A stretch of 32,000 bases of DNA from Ignicoccus hospitalis KIN4/I (GTDB lineage: Archaea > Thermoproteota > Thermoprotei_A > Sulfolobales > Ignicoccaceae), in the NCBI RefSeq assembly GCF_000017945.1, contig NC_009776.1:570001-602000 (forward strand), read 5' to 3'. Below the pieces are notes generated by a model. The model was not told where the DNA came from and did not search any database. It saw only the letters and a list, made by a program, of their open reading frames with translations. Positions 16,677 to 24,988 of the stretch are shown one piece after another; position 1 is the first letter of the stretch; each line of letters begins with the position of its first letter. The translations under genes and the position numbers were made by a program.

Positions 16677-19600
16677 ACCCTGCTGAACTTGTCGCCCAGC
16701 CTAAGCCTAGCTGCTATGCCCATGCTGAGTATCTCTTGGATCAACAGCTTGAACGCGTAGCTGAGCTCCACTTGGTACATCTCTCCCCTCTCGCCGTGTA
16801 TCGGACAGACGGGCTTGCCCTTGTTGGCGTCCCACCAGCCTATGTGACCACACTTGGCGCAGACCCAGACCTTGGTAGCGTCGCTCGACTTGAGCAGCCT
16901 CTCCACGAGCAGCTGGGATGCCCCGTGGGCAACCAACACGTCCCTCTCCATCTCCCCGAACCTCAGGCCGCCCTTCCTCGTGCGTCCCTCGGTGGGCTGC
17001 CTAGTCAGTATCTGCACGGGCCCGCGGGCCCTGGCGTGGATCTTGTCGCTAACCATGTGGTACAACCTCTGGTAGAAGACGACGCCTATGAACACGGGCC
17101 TGGCGATCATCTCTCCCGTCCTCCCGTCGAACATGACCTCCGTGCCGTCGGGCGGGAAGCCCCTCTCTACCAATATCTTTCTCAAGTTGTCCAGAGGCTC
17201 CTTATAGAACGGCGTCGCGTCCACTTCCCTCCCGCGGAAGGCGGCCGCCTTAGCTGCTATGCTCTCTATCAGCTGCCCCAGCGTCATCCTGGACGGGAAG
17301 GCGTGGGGGTTCAGTATTATGTCGGGCACCAAGCCGAACTCGCTGTAAGGCATGTCGTAATGGGGGAGGACCATGCCTATTACTCCCTTCTGACCGTGGC
17401 GGGAGGCGAACTTGTCGCCTATCTCCGGGATCCTTAAGCTCCTCACCCTTACCTTGACCATCTTTATGCCGTCTATGTTTTCGGTCAAGATTACAGTATC
17501 GACCACGCCCTCCTCGCCGTGCCTAACCGCAACGGAAGCGTCCCTCCGACGGGTCTCCAGTATGCCCATCTCCTTGTACTCTTCGGTGAACCTCGGAGGC
17601 GAGGACTTACCTATCAGTACGTCTCCCCCGACCACGTAGGTCTCCGGCTCTACTATGCCGTCCTCGTCCAACTTCTCGTAAGCCTTGGGCTCCCTCATCC
17701 CCACGAGCCTCTGGTCGGGCTTGGGCTTCTCTATTTTGTCCTCCGCTCCGCCGGGGTACTTCTGCTCCTCAGTCTGGTAGAGCCTCATGAAAGTGGCTCT
17801 CATGAACCCCCTATCTATGCTGGACTGGTTCATAATTATAGCGTCCTCTATGTTGTAGCCGGTGTAGCTGAGGATCGCCGCGACCGCGTTCTGGCCGGCG
17901 GGCCTCTTGTTGTAACCTATTATTTCGAGGTGCTTGGTCTGCGCCAAGGGCTTCTCTGGGTAGTGGAGCAAGTACCCCCTGGTATCGGTTCTAAGCATGA
18001 AGTTGGCCGCGTACAAGCCGAGCGCTTGTTTGGCCATGGCGCTCTGGTAGCTGTTCCTCGGGCTCTGGTTGTGTTCGAGGTAAGGTATAGTAGAGGCCAC
18101 GACGCCGAAGACCGCCGGTACCCATATCTCCATGTGAGTGTGCTTCGGGGTTATGTCCTCCGGCTCTATGGCTATCAGCGCGTTCTCCTCCTCGTCAGCG
18201 TCCAAGAGCTCCACAATACCTCTCATCAATAGGTCCTTGAACGTCCACTCGCCCTTCTTAACCTTCTCCACGTGCTCTGGCTTGAGCTTCAGTTCGCCGT
18301 TCTCAACTACGAAGACAGGCCTCATCACCCTTCCGGGGTCGGTGTTTATGTAGACCTCTTTGATCGTGCCGTCGTCGTTCTCGTAGACGCCCACGCTGAC
18401 CTCGTAGTGCAGCTTCCCTTGCCTCCTCAACTGCCTTATCTTCTGGGCCAGCTCGTGAGCGTCTTTGTAGTAGCCGACGGGCCTCCCGTTCAAGAACACC
18501 CTCGCGCCGCTGATGGCCTCCTCCGGGACGGGCTCGTCGTTCTTAACTTTCTCCAAAACCTCCTCTACCCTTATCACGCCCAGCTCGTCTAACACCTTCT
18601 CCACTTCTTCTTCTGGGACGCCCACTGAGATGTGGGCGGACAGGGCTAAGTTCTTCACAAGTCCGATGTTGGGGCCCTCGGGGGTCTCGAACGGACAGAT
18701 CCTCCCCCACTGGGTCATGTGGAGCTCTCTCGCCTCGTAGTGGGGCTGGTTCCTCGCAAGCGGGGACACGACCCTCCTCAAGTGAGAGAGCGTGCTCAAC
18801 CAGTTGGTGCGGTCCAGCAGCTGGGAGACGCCGGTTCTGTTGCCCACCCAGTTGCCCGTGGCCAGCGCTTGGCGTACCTTGTCGGTGAGGTAGTTGGAAC
18901 GGATGAGTATCCTAAGCTTGAGCCTCTCCTCCCCCTTGAGGACCGACCTCTCCAGCTGGTAGCCCACGTCGTTCAATAACCCCCTCAAGTGCGTCCTGAA
19001 GAGTGCGGCCAACATGTCGCCGGCCAGCTTGAGCCTCCTGTTGGCGTAGTGGTCCTTGTCGTCTGGCTCCCTCTTCTCCAAGTAAACCTCCAAGAGCTTC
19101 CGGGCCATGTGGGCCAAGAATATGGCCTTCTTTATCCTGTCCTCGGGCCTCTTGCCCAAGTGCGGGAGCAAGTTGTTGTCGAGGACTTGCTTCGCTCTTT
19201 CGATCCTCTTGTCCCTAGGCATGCCTATAGCTATCCTAGCGCCAATGAAGTCGAGCGCGTCGTCGACGGTCGGCACGGAGGCCGCTTGTTCTATGCTCGG
19301 CAAGAGCTCTTGTTGTACCTCGGGGTCGAAGCTCACCAAGGAGGTTATGTCCTTGTCGGACTCGATGCCCAAGGCCCTTATCAAGACGACCAGAGGTATC
19401 TTACCGGGCAGGGGCGGGAAGATCGCGTGGAGGGTGCCGTCCTTCTGCCTCTCCACTATGACTTGTACGCGGTAACCTAAGGTGGTAGAGAGCACCTTCG
19501 CCGTGTGGGTTACGGTGCTCTGGGGCCCTCCTTTGTCAACCAACACCTTGTTGAGGGCTAAGTCCTCTTGAGTGACTATCACCTTCTCGCTGCCGTCGAC

Positions 19601-20080
19601 TATGAAGTACCCTCCCGGGTCCCTCGGGTCCTCGCCGGCTTCTACAAGCTCCTCGGGGCTCTTCTTAGAGAGCGGGTCGAGGATGGACCTAACCATGACG
19701 GGCATCATTCCTATTTCTACCCATCCTTCGTCCTTGATCTCGCCCTTCGGGTTCCTGAGCCTCATGTAAACGTATATCGGAGCAGCGTAGGTCAAGTCGC
19801 GTATCCTACACTCGGTGGGGGTTACGGGCCTCGTGCCCCCGCTCTTCTCCTTTATAATGGGCTCTCCGTACCTAATCTTAATGAATTCTAACTTATAGCC
19901 GCTCTCGAAGGGTTCCACTTCCCCTAACTCTTCTATTAGCTTCTGCATAGTTTCCGTGACGAACTTGTTGTAAGACTCCAGCTGCTGGCTCACTAGCCCC
20001 TTCTCCTTAAAGTAGGCGCGCATTATGGCCCAACGGTCTTCCGGAGTGGGGAAGGCCTTCGCGCTCGACACGACCATCAC
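16673..20080 (-). CDS. rpoB: DNA-directed RNA polymerase subunit B (unsplit)
   Basis: A 1135-aa ORF with hallmark Rpb2/RpoB blocks: [53 protein letters not shown]-terminal zinc ribbon (CAKCGH...CPIHG) is present. Confidence 0.97.
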   Translation of the reverse strand: MMVVSSAKAFPTPEDRWAIMRAYFKEKGLVSQQLESYNKFVTETMQKLIEELGEVEPFESGYKLEFIKIRYGEPIIKEKSGGTRPVTPTECRIRDLTYAAPIYVYMRLRNPKGEIKDEGWVEIGMMPVMVRSILDPLSKKSPEELVEAGEDPRDPGGYFIVDGSEKVIVTQEDLALNKVLVDKGGPQSTVTHTAKVLSTTLGYRVQVIVERQKDGTLHAIFPPLPGKIPLVVLIRALGIESDKDITSLVSFDPEVQQELLPSIEQAASVPTVDDALDFIGARIAIGMPRDKRIERAKQVLDNNLLPHLGKRPEDRIKKAIFLAHMARKLLEVYLEKREPDDKDHYANRRLKLAGDMLAALFRTHLRGLLNDVGYQLERSVLKGEERLKLRILIRSNYLTDKVRQALATGNWVGNRTGVSQLLDRTNWLSTLSHLRRVVSPLARNQPHYEARELHMTQWGRICPFETPEGPNIGLVKNLALSAHISVGVPEEEVEKVLDELGVIRVEEVLEKVKNDEPVPEEAISGARVFLNGRPVGYYKDAHELAQKIRQLRRQGKLHYEVSVGVYENDDGTIKEVYINTDPGRVMRPVFVVENGELKLKPEHVEKVKKGEWTFKDLLMRGIVELLDADEEENALIAIEPEDITPKHTHMEIWVPAVFGVVASTIPYLEHNQSPRNSYQSAMAKQALGLYAANFMLRTDTRGYLLHYPEKPLAQTKHLEIIGYNKRPAGQNAVAAILSYTGYNIEDAIIMNQSSIDRGFMRATFMRLYQTEEQKYPGGAEDKIEKPKPDQRLVGMREPKAYEKLDEDGIVEPETYVVGGDVLIGKSSPPRFTEEYKEMGILETRRRDASVAVRHGEEGVVDTVILTENIDGIKMVKVRVRSLRIPEIGDKFASRHGQKGVIGMVLPHYDMPYSEFGLVPDIILNPHAFPSRMTLGQLIESIAAKAAAFRGREVDATPFYKEPLDNLRKILVERGFPPDGTEVMFDGRTGEMIARPVFIGVVFYQRLYHMVSDKIHARARGPVQILTRQPTEGRTRKGGLRFGEMERDVLVAHGASQLLVERLLKSSDATKVWVCAKCGHIGWWDANKGKPVCPIHGERGEMYQVELSYAFKLLIQEILSMGIAARLRLGDKFSRV

Positions 20081-20325
20081 CCGGCCACTACGTACCTAAA
20101 TACGACTACCTCCTCAGCGTTCTCACTCTTCCTAATTATCTTCACTATGTCTCCAGGCTTCAAGTCTAGCTCCCTGGCCACCGGGTCGCTCGCCTTCAGC
20201 AGGGGTAATTGCTCAACTCTGAGGCCCCACTTTCTGAGCTCCTCCACGGCCTCCTCCGGGCTCAACTTCACGTGTTGAGGGACGAGGACGTGATCCAAGA
20301 CACTGAACTTCTTTTTACCAGCCAT
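20077..20325 (-). CDS. rpoH: DNA-directed RNA polymerase subunit H (Rpb5 C-terminal homologue)
   Basis: The 82-aa product from the ATG at 20325 is [65 protein letters not shown]... This has the classic RpoH pattern (HxLVPxH, LP.I...DPva, GDvvkI.R). The stop overlaps the rpoB start. The upstream 81 codons of the ORF-track entry are Arg/Gly-rich and not protein-like. Confidence 0.9.
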   Translation of the reverse strand: MAGKKKFSVLDHVLVPQHVKLSPEEAVEELRKWGLRVEQLPLLKASDPVARELDLKPGDIVKIIRKSENAEEVVVFRYVVAG

Positions 20326-20361
20326 CCTACGCCCCTCTGGGCTCGCTGGGGGAGTAATAAA

Positions 20362-21345
20362 ATGGAATACGAGGTCCGGGCGAGCTGCCACGCCGCCGAG
20401 AAGTGGAGGAGGGCCACCCTCTCGGCCGCCTTGGGCGCTGCCTCGGCCTTGTTGCTTAGTCCTTGGTTGGAGGCGGTGCTCCTCCCCTCGGCCGCCCTCT
20501 TCGCGGCGTCCTTCCAAATCTTGGCTTGCAACAGAGAAAAGAAGATAACCGTGAGGAGGGAAGTTCAAGTAAAGGAGAAGAGGGCCCTCGTCACCGTGAG
20601 CGCTCCCCCGGGGACCTACATAAAGGATTACCCCTCCGCCCCTCCCGTGAGCGGGAGCCCGGAGGGGTTCGAGAGGGTTACGTACGTAATAGACTTGGAC
20701 TTGAACCCGTTCGTGTTTTGGCCTGGAACGTACCTCAAGGTAAAGGAGGGGCAGTGCGAGTGTACGGCCTTCTTGTCCCTCAACGAGGTCGTCTCCTCGT
20801 GGAGCTTGGAGGGGCTGGGGCTGGGGGAGCCGGTGGAGGTGGAGGGCGGGGACTTCGCTGTCCCGGAGGTGGAGGGGGTTCGGGAGTACGCCCCCGGCGA
20901 CGACCCCCGGCTGGTGGTCTGGAAGACCTTGTACAGCCCGGGAGGGCTCAGGGTAAAGGAGCTCAAGAAGGTCAGGGAAGTGGTGGGCTTGAAGAAGGGA
21001 GTAGCCACCTTCACGTTGGACATCGGGCCGTGGGAGGATAACCCTTGTATGAAGGCCTTCGCAGAGAACTTGGCTAAGTACTTGGAGGGCGTCGGGATGA
21101 AGAGGGTAAGCGGCCGCGCGGACGTGGCGGTCTTGGCCCCGGGGGGCAAGGGGGAGGCCGAGCTGTACTTGCTCTTGAACCCGCTCGCGTGCCTCCCGAG
21201 CGTCGAGGGCTTCGACGCGCTCGAGCTGGTTAGGGAGGAGGTGCTGAGAGAGTACCTAGCGACAGAAAAGGCCCTCAAGGAGAGGGGCGAAGTAAGGGGC
21301 GTGCCTTGGAGCGTCCCCCCGCGGCGTACGGACTGGCTACGGTAG
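20362..21345 (+). CDS. DUF58-family protein (vWA-like, normally MoxR-associated)
   Basis: Contains the hallmark motif [29 protein letters not shown] (consensus R.Y.PGD..R.I.WK). The N-terminus has hydrophobic segments. The start is taken as the ATG at 20362 (MEYEV...) because the upstream part of the ORF is antisense to rpoH. Confidence 0.8.
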   Translation: MEYEVRASCHAAEKWRRATLSAALGAASALLLSPWLEAVLLPSAALFAASFQILACNREKKITVRREVQVKEKRALVTVSAPPGTYIKDYPSAPPVSGSPEGFERVTYVIDLDLNPFVFWPGTYLKVKEGQCECTAFLSLNEVVSSWSLEGLGLGEPVEVEGGDFAVPEVEGVREYAPGDDPRLVVWKTLYSPGGLRVKELKKVREVVGLKKGVATFTLDIGPWEDNPCMKAFAENLAKYLEGVGMKRVSGRADVAVLAPGGKGEAELYLLLNPLACLPSVEGFDALELVREEVLREYLATEKALKERGEVRGVPWSVPPRRTDWLR

Positions 21346-21911
21346 CGGCGCTAGCAGTAGACCCGTTGGCGGGCTCAATCGCCATCATAATATCGTTACT
21401 AATGGCGTATTGTGGGAAGCGCTTCGGCGCCTGGTTCGCGCTCCCCTCGACCTTGCTCGCCTTCTTGGGCGCCCACCTCGACGTCCCTCCTCTAGCGTTG
21501 GGCTCCTTCTTGGCCGCGCTCTACTTGGACCCGGCAATCTCCTTCGCTCCCCTCCCATTCGCCTTGATTGCCGCCGCCAGGGCGCCGCCGGTCAGCCCCC
21601 TCCTAGGGGGCTACCCATCTAGCGTGGTGGCGAAGGTCCCAACAGAGCTTTCGCTGGCCTTCGGCTACCTCCCGTTGCTCCAGCTAGGGGGAGTCGCGCC
21701 GGCGCTGGGCTTCTTGGTAGGCCTCGCGACCGCTCCGCTACTAGACTTCGTATCGAAGTTATGTCCCAACGGGCCGATGATAAAGCTCAGCGAACCTATC
21801 TTCGTAGGTATAGGAGCAGGCCTAATGATAAATGTGGTAAGGCTGAGGTTGAGGTTAATTCAAGGCATAAAGTTTAAACTAGCAGCGCTGCGCAGAGGTC
21901 GCGCATACTGA
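21306..21911 (+). CDS. Polytopic membrane protein (about 5 TM), downstream partner of DUF58
   Basis: It has several hydrophobic helices (SIAIIISLLMAY, WFALPSTLLAFLGA, LALGSFLAALYL, APALGFLVGLATAPLL, IFVGIGAGLMI) and a basic C-terminus. The start is uncertain: the TTG at 21306 overlaps DUF58 by 40 nt, and the ATG at 21402 is an alternative. Confidence 0.55.
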   Translation: MERPPAAYGLATVAALAVDPLAGSIAIIISLLMAYCGKRFGAWFALPSTLLAFLGAHLDVPPLALGSFLAALYLDPAISFAPLPFALIAAARAPPVSPLLGGYPSSVVAKVPTELSLAFGYLPLLQLGGVAPALGFLVGLATAPLLDFVSKLCPNGPMIKLSEPIFVGIGAGLMINVVRLRLRLIQGIKFKLAALRRGRAY

Positions 21912-22269
21912 TTATCCCTAATACCTTCTCCCCGCTAACGACCACCAAGTGCCTTATGCCGTTCTCTATCATTATTCTAAGGGCCTCCTTTATCGGAGTC
22001 TCGGGAGTTACCGTGATTACGTCTTTCCACGGCGTCATGTAATATTTTACCTTAGCCCTGTTCGGATCTGCGCCCAGGGCAAGGGCCGCTATTACGTCGC
22101 GCTCCGTGAGCAAGCCCGCCGCCGCGACGCCGCCCTCCTCCTCTCTGGTGACCAAGAGCGCCCCTATGCCGTTCTCGTGCATGAGCTCGACCGCCTCGCC
22201 TATGGTGGCTTCCTCATCTATCGTTATTATCATACGTTCCCTACCGAAGTACTTTTCTATAGAGCTCAA
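21874..22269 (-). CDS. CBS-pair domain protein (131 aa)
   Basis: Two CBS repeats: IGALLVTREEE...GLLTERDV and IRHLVVVSGEKVLGIISMRDL. Confidence 0.85.
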   Translation of the reverse strand: MSSIEKYFGRERMIITIDEEATIGEAVELMHENGIGALLVTREEEGGVAAAGLLTERDVIAALALGADPNRAKVKYYMTPWKDVITVTPETPIKEALRIMIENGIRHLVVVSGEKVLGIISMRDLCAALLV

Positions 22270-22326
22270 TGCCCTCTCCCGGAGCGGTTTGAAGTGCGAG
22301 TTTTTAGGTTGCGAGGGGCCGGGTGA

Positions 22327-22344
22327 GCTCGCTTTAAAGCGAGC
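22327..22344. promoter_or_regulatory. 18-bp perfect palindrome GCTCGCTTTAAAGCGAGC centred on a TTTAAA box
   Basis: A perfect inverted repeat read directly from the sequence. It lies in the divergent spacer between the CBS-pair gene (start 22269) and the small-ORF/dph5 unit (start 22435). Confidence 0.35.
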
Positions 22345-22434
22345 CCCTTAGAGGCGCCGTTCGGTGGAAGCATCATAGCCTTTGCACAAGACGCCAACGT
22401 TACGGCAGTAAAGATTTGTTCGTCTGACGTAACC

Positions 22435-22536
22435 ATGTTCGTTGCGGCAATGATAGGCGTCGCGGTGGCCGCCGTGGTAGGCGTGGGGGTGGGGCTGTAC
22501 TTGTGTAAGAGGTCCTTGAAGGTGGTGAAGGAGTGA
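22435..22536 (+). CDS. Candidate 33-aa single-pass membrane micro-protein overlapping the dph5 start
   Basis: ATG...TGA encodes MFVAAMIGVAVAAVVGVGVGLYLCKRSLKVVKE, a hydrophobic helix plus a basic tail. Its TGA overlaps the GTG start of dph5 (GTGA). It is below the ORF-track size cut-off. No homology evidence is available. Confidence 0.3.
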   Translation: MFVAAMIGVAVAAVVGVGVGLYLCKRSLKVVKE

Positions 22537-23255
22537 AGTTCGTGCTGGCCGGGGCCGGCTTGAGGTGCGAACACTTAAACGAAAGGGTCAAGAGGGCCAT
22601 ATTAGAAGCGGAAGAGGTCTGGGTAGACACCTACACCAGCCCCTTCCCCGGGGGGCTGCTCAACTGCGTAAAGGGGGTAAGGGAGGACGCCTTAGAGGCC
22701 GACAGAAGCGTCTTAGAGGGTCCCTTTAGGTTCTCGAAGAGCGTAACTTTGGTAGTTCCCGGCGACCCCATGGCCGCGACTGCCCACTCCGCCCTGTTGC
22801 TGGAAGCGAGGAGGAGGGGGTACTCCGTTCAGATAATCTCGAACGTCTCGGCGCTGCAAGCGGCGAGGAGCAAGAGCGGCCTCTCCCAGTACCGCTTCGG
22901 CAAGGTAGTCACTTTGATGTATCCTAAGGAGGGAATCTCCTTCACCGAGTCGGTATATAACGTAATAAAGGATAACGACTCAATGAACTTACATACCATA
23001 GTCTTGTTGGAGACAGGCTACGGGAGGGACATGACCGTTCCGGAGGCGGCGAGGCTCCTCTGCGAGTACGAAGAGCTCTGCGACCGAAGGGCGATAGCCA
23101 TGGCCCGCTTGTGCTGGGACGACGAAACGATAAAGGTAGCCAAGTTAAGGGAACTCGCCGAGTCCGACTTGGGCGGGCCCCCGCACTTGCTCGTCTTCCC
23201 CTCACCCAAGCTCCATCCTATTGAAGAAGAATTTATCGAAGCGGTCCTCAAATGA
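22533..23255 (+). CDS. dph5: Diphthine synthase
   Basis: Contains the tetrapyrrole-methylase-fold motifs of Dph5: VWVDTYTS, VVPGDPMAATAHSALLLEARRRG, ISNVSALQAARSKSGLSQYRFGKVVTL. The start is GTG. Confidence 0.9.
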   Translation: MKFVLAGAGLRCEHLNERVKRAILEAEEVWVDTYTSPFPGGLLNCVKGVREDALEADRSVLEGPFRFSKSVTLVVPGDPMAATAHSALLLEARRRGYSVQIISNVSALQAARSKSGLSQYRFGKVVTLMYPKEGISFTESVYNVIKDNDSMNLHTIVLLETGYGRDMTVPEAARLLCEYEELCDRRAIAMARLCWDDETIKVAKLRELAESDLGGPPHLLVFPSPKLHPIEEEFIEAVLK

Positions 23256-23279
23256 TACTGACGTGTTCCCCGCACCCCC

Positions 23280-23284
23280 TTTTT
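23280..23284 (+). terminator. Oligo-T tract downstream of dph5
   Basis: TTTTT lies 25 nt after the dph5 stop. Oligo-T tracts act as archaeal termination signals. Confidence 0.3.
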
Positions 23285-23322
23285 AGCTACACCCCGATAC
23301 TACGCAGACACCGGGTGAGGGC

Positions 23323-23499
23323 GTGAGGCTGGTAACGGTCAAGATGCCGGAAGCTTACGTGGAAGCGATAGATGAATTGGTCAGGAAGGGGAGGTTCACT
23401 TCTAGGAGTGAGGCCATAAGGGTGGCTATTAGGGAGCTCTTGAGGAGGGAGCTCTGGGTTAGAGAGTTAGAAGAGGAGGAAGAAGAGCTCATCGACTGA
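23323..23499 (+). CDS. Ribbon-helix-helix (CopG/NikR-type) DNA-binding protein, 58 aa
   Basis: My own translation is (GTG)RLVTVKMPEAYVEAIDELVRKGRFTSRSEAIRVAIRELLRRELWVRELEEEEEELID. It fits the RHH pattern v.v.lP..l...iD.lv..G.f.SRSEaIR.AIR.lL and carries an acidic tail. It is missing from the ORF track because it is under 60 aa. It overlaps the proC 3-prime end convergently by 11 nt. Confidence 0.7.
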   Translation: MRLVTVKMPEAYVEAIDELVRKGRFTSRSEAIRVAIRELLRRELWVRELEEEEEELID

Positions 23500-24235
23500 G
23501 CTCCCTCCCCTTCTCTCCTAAGACTTTAGCTATTTTACCGAAGACCCCCTCCTCTTCGAGCTTCAAGAGCATCTCGACGGTGATGCCCCCGGGGGTCTCG
23601 ACCTTAGAGCGCAACTTGTAGGGGTCGTACTTCTCTAACATCTTTATCGTTCCTATTATTGACTCCCTAGCCAACTCCTCGGCCAGCGACCTCTCCACCC
23701 CGGAGGCCACCAAGGCCTCCACGGCCGAGCGGAAGTATTCCGCGTGCACCGCCGGGCCCGAGCCCACCACGGGGAGGGCGGCGTCCAGTACCCTCTCGTT
23801 GACCCAGTAGACCTTGCCCAGCTTCCCCCATACGGCCTCCACTACCGAGTCAGCTCCGCCTCCCCTTTCAGCGACCAGCACGGGGGAGCTGTTTACCTCT
23901 ACCGTCACGGAGGGCATGACTCTGTAAACCTTGTCTGCGTACTTCTTTAGCTCTCCCAGCTTCACCAAGGCGGCCGTGGAGGTTATCGGGACTTCGACCC
24001 CTCTCAGCTCCTTCATGACTGCCGGAACGGCCGAGGGCGGGACGGCGACTATTATTAGGTCTACCCCCTCCGCGCAAGCCCTCATGGGCACGACGGAAAA
24101 GCCGTCCTCGCGCGCCCACTCGTCGGTGGGGGGTAGCGTGGAAACGGTCACCTCAACGCCGGCGTTCCTCAACCCCTTAGCTATCGAGGAACCCAGCTTG
24201 CCGTAGCCGATTAAGCAAACCTTCAAGGACTTCAC
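23489..24235 (-). CDS. proC: Pyrroline-5-carboxylate reductase
   Basis: Contains the Rossmann motif KVCLIGYGKLGSSIAKGL and the C-terminal P5CR signature ETPGGITVEML. The start is taken as the GTG at 24235 (VKSLKVCLIGYG). The 28 upstream codons in the ORF track are Ser/Pro/Arg-rich and overlap a better small ORF in another frame. Confidence 0.85.
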   Translation of the reverse strand: MKSLKVCLIGYGKLGSSIAKGLRNAGVEVTVSTLPPTDEWAREDGFSVVPMRACAEGVDLIIVAVPPSAVPAVMKELRGVEVPITSTAALVKLGELKKYADKVYRVMPSVTVEVNSSPVLVAERGGGADSVVEAVWGKLGKVYWVNERVLDAALPVVGSGPAVHAEYFRSAVEALVASGVERSLAEELARESIIGTIKMLEKYDPYKLRSKVETPGGITVEMLLKLEEEGVFGKIAKVLGEKGRELSR

Positions 24236-24260
24236 CGGGATAGGGGTTGAGGGGGAGCTT

Positions 24261-24428
24261 TTAGGGCCCCGCGGCCTTCTCGAAGAGCTTTCCCAAGAGC
24301 TCCGCCAAAGAACCGGCAACCACTGCCGCGAACAAGTACGTCCCTAAAATCAAAGGGTTCTGGTATATCACGCTTAACATTAGGCCTATACCCATAACAC
24401 TCGAGAAGGTCGTAATGAAGTACCTCAC
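24261..24428 (-). CDS. Candidate 55-aa small membrane protein
   Basis: My own translation is (GTG)RYFITTFSSVMGIGLMLSVIYQNPLILGTYLFAAVVAGSLAELLGKLFEKAAGP, which gives two hydrophobic segments. It fills the gap between nob1 and proC on the same strand. It is below the ORF-track cut-off. Confidence 0.4.
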   Translation of the reverse strand: MRYFITTFSSVMGIGLMLSVIYQNPLILGTYLFAAVVAGSLAELLGKLFEKAAGP

Positions 24429-24438
24429 TACGCCTCCC

Positions 24439-24939
24439 TCAACCCTCGCGGGAAGCTAGCTTCGAGGGACGCCTCCTCAAAACTGAGCCGCAGTCCGGGC
24501 AGACCTTAACCCACGGCGGGTACTCCTTCCTACAGAACGGGCAGTAATTGACCCACTTGATTACTCCGCCTATCCCCTTGGTCCTCACGCTCCTCGCTTC
24601 CAAACCGAAGCTCTTGGCCACGTTAAGTACTCCGTAGTCGTCGCTCAAAAGCGTGGCGTGCAGCTGGAGGGCGAGGGCCACCACCGCGACGTCCGTTTCG
24701 CTCAGCCTCTCCCCCAGCTCCTCGCACCTCTTCTTTACCTTTATCACGTATGCTTTATCGGGCTCCATCACCTTCAGCTTCGCTTCGTAACGTTTCAAGG
24801 CGTCCTTGGAGTCCTTGTCCTTCACCTCTTTCAAGTTGAGCGGGGTGGTGTAGTTCTCCCCGGGCATCAGAGACGGCATGCCCGCCAAGAGGGAGCCGGT
24901 GTCGTGGACGAACTTCGTAACCCCACCCTCGGGGCGCAC
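24439..24939 (-). CDS. nob1: Nob1-type PIN-domain endonuclease with C-terminal zinc ribbon
   Basis: PIN acidic motifs are FVHDTGSLL, SETDVAVVALALQL and LLSDDYGVLNVAKSFGL. A CPFC...x11...CPDCG ribbon follows. The size and architecture match archaeal Nob1 (pre-16S rRNA D-site endonuclease). Confidence 0.75.
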   Translation of the reverse strand: MRPEGGVTKFVHDTGSLLAGMPSLMPGENYTTPLNLKEVKDKDSKDALKRYEAKLKVMEPDKAYVIKVKKRCEELGERLSETDVAVVALALQLHATLLSDDYGVLNVAKSFGLEARSVRTKGIGGVIKWVNYCPFCRKEYPPWVKVCPDCGSVLRRRPSKLASREG

Positions 24940-24988
24940 GGAGCCTTGCGAATAAAGTTCCCCTCAACCCGGCCGAGGGGACGGAAAG

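Noticed and set aside
16736-19891. Series of long plus-strand ORFs (233, 237, 163, 122, 107 aa and others) inside the rpoB interval
   Set aside because: All are antisense to an unmistakable rpoB and have Arg/Leu/Gly/Pro-rich or low-complexity translations. This is typical shadow-ORF behaviour in GC-rich coding DNA.
20326-20568. 81-codon N-terminal extension of rpoH in the ORF track
   Set aside because: It is Arg/Gly/Glu-rich and not protein-like, and it overlaps the divergent DUF58 start. RpoH homologues are about 80 aa, and the ATG at 20325 gives exactly that.
20463-21278. The 192-aa plus-frame and 216-aa minus-frame ORFs overlapping the DUF58 gene
   Set aside because: One is Gly/Arg-rich and the other Ser/Thr-rich with no motifs. 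The DUF58 frame carries the family hallmark.
22266-22630. Minus-strand ORFs of 102 aa and 76 aa spanning the CBS/dph5 spacer
   Set aside because: They are Pro/Thr/Ala/Ser-rich low-complexity translations that cross a promoter-like spacer and the dph5 start. The plus-strand readings are more coherent.
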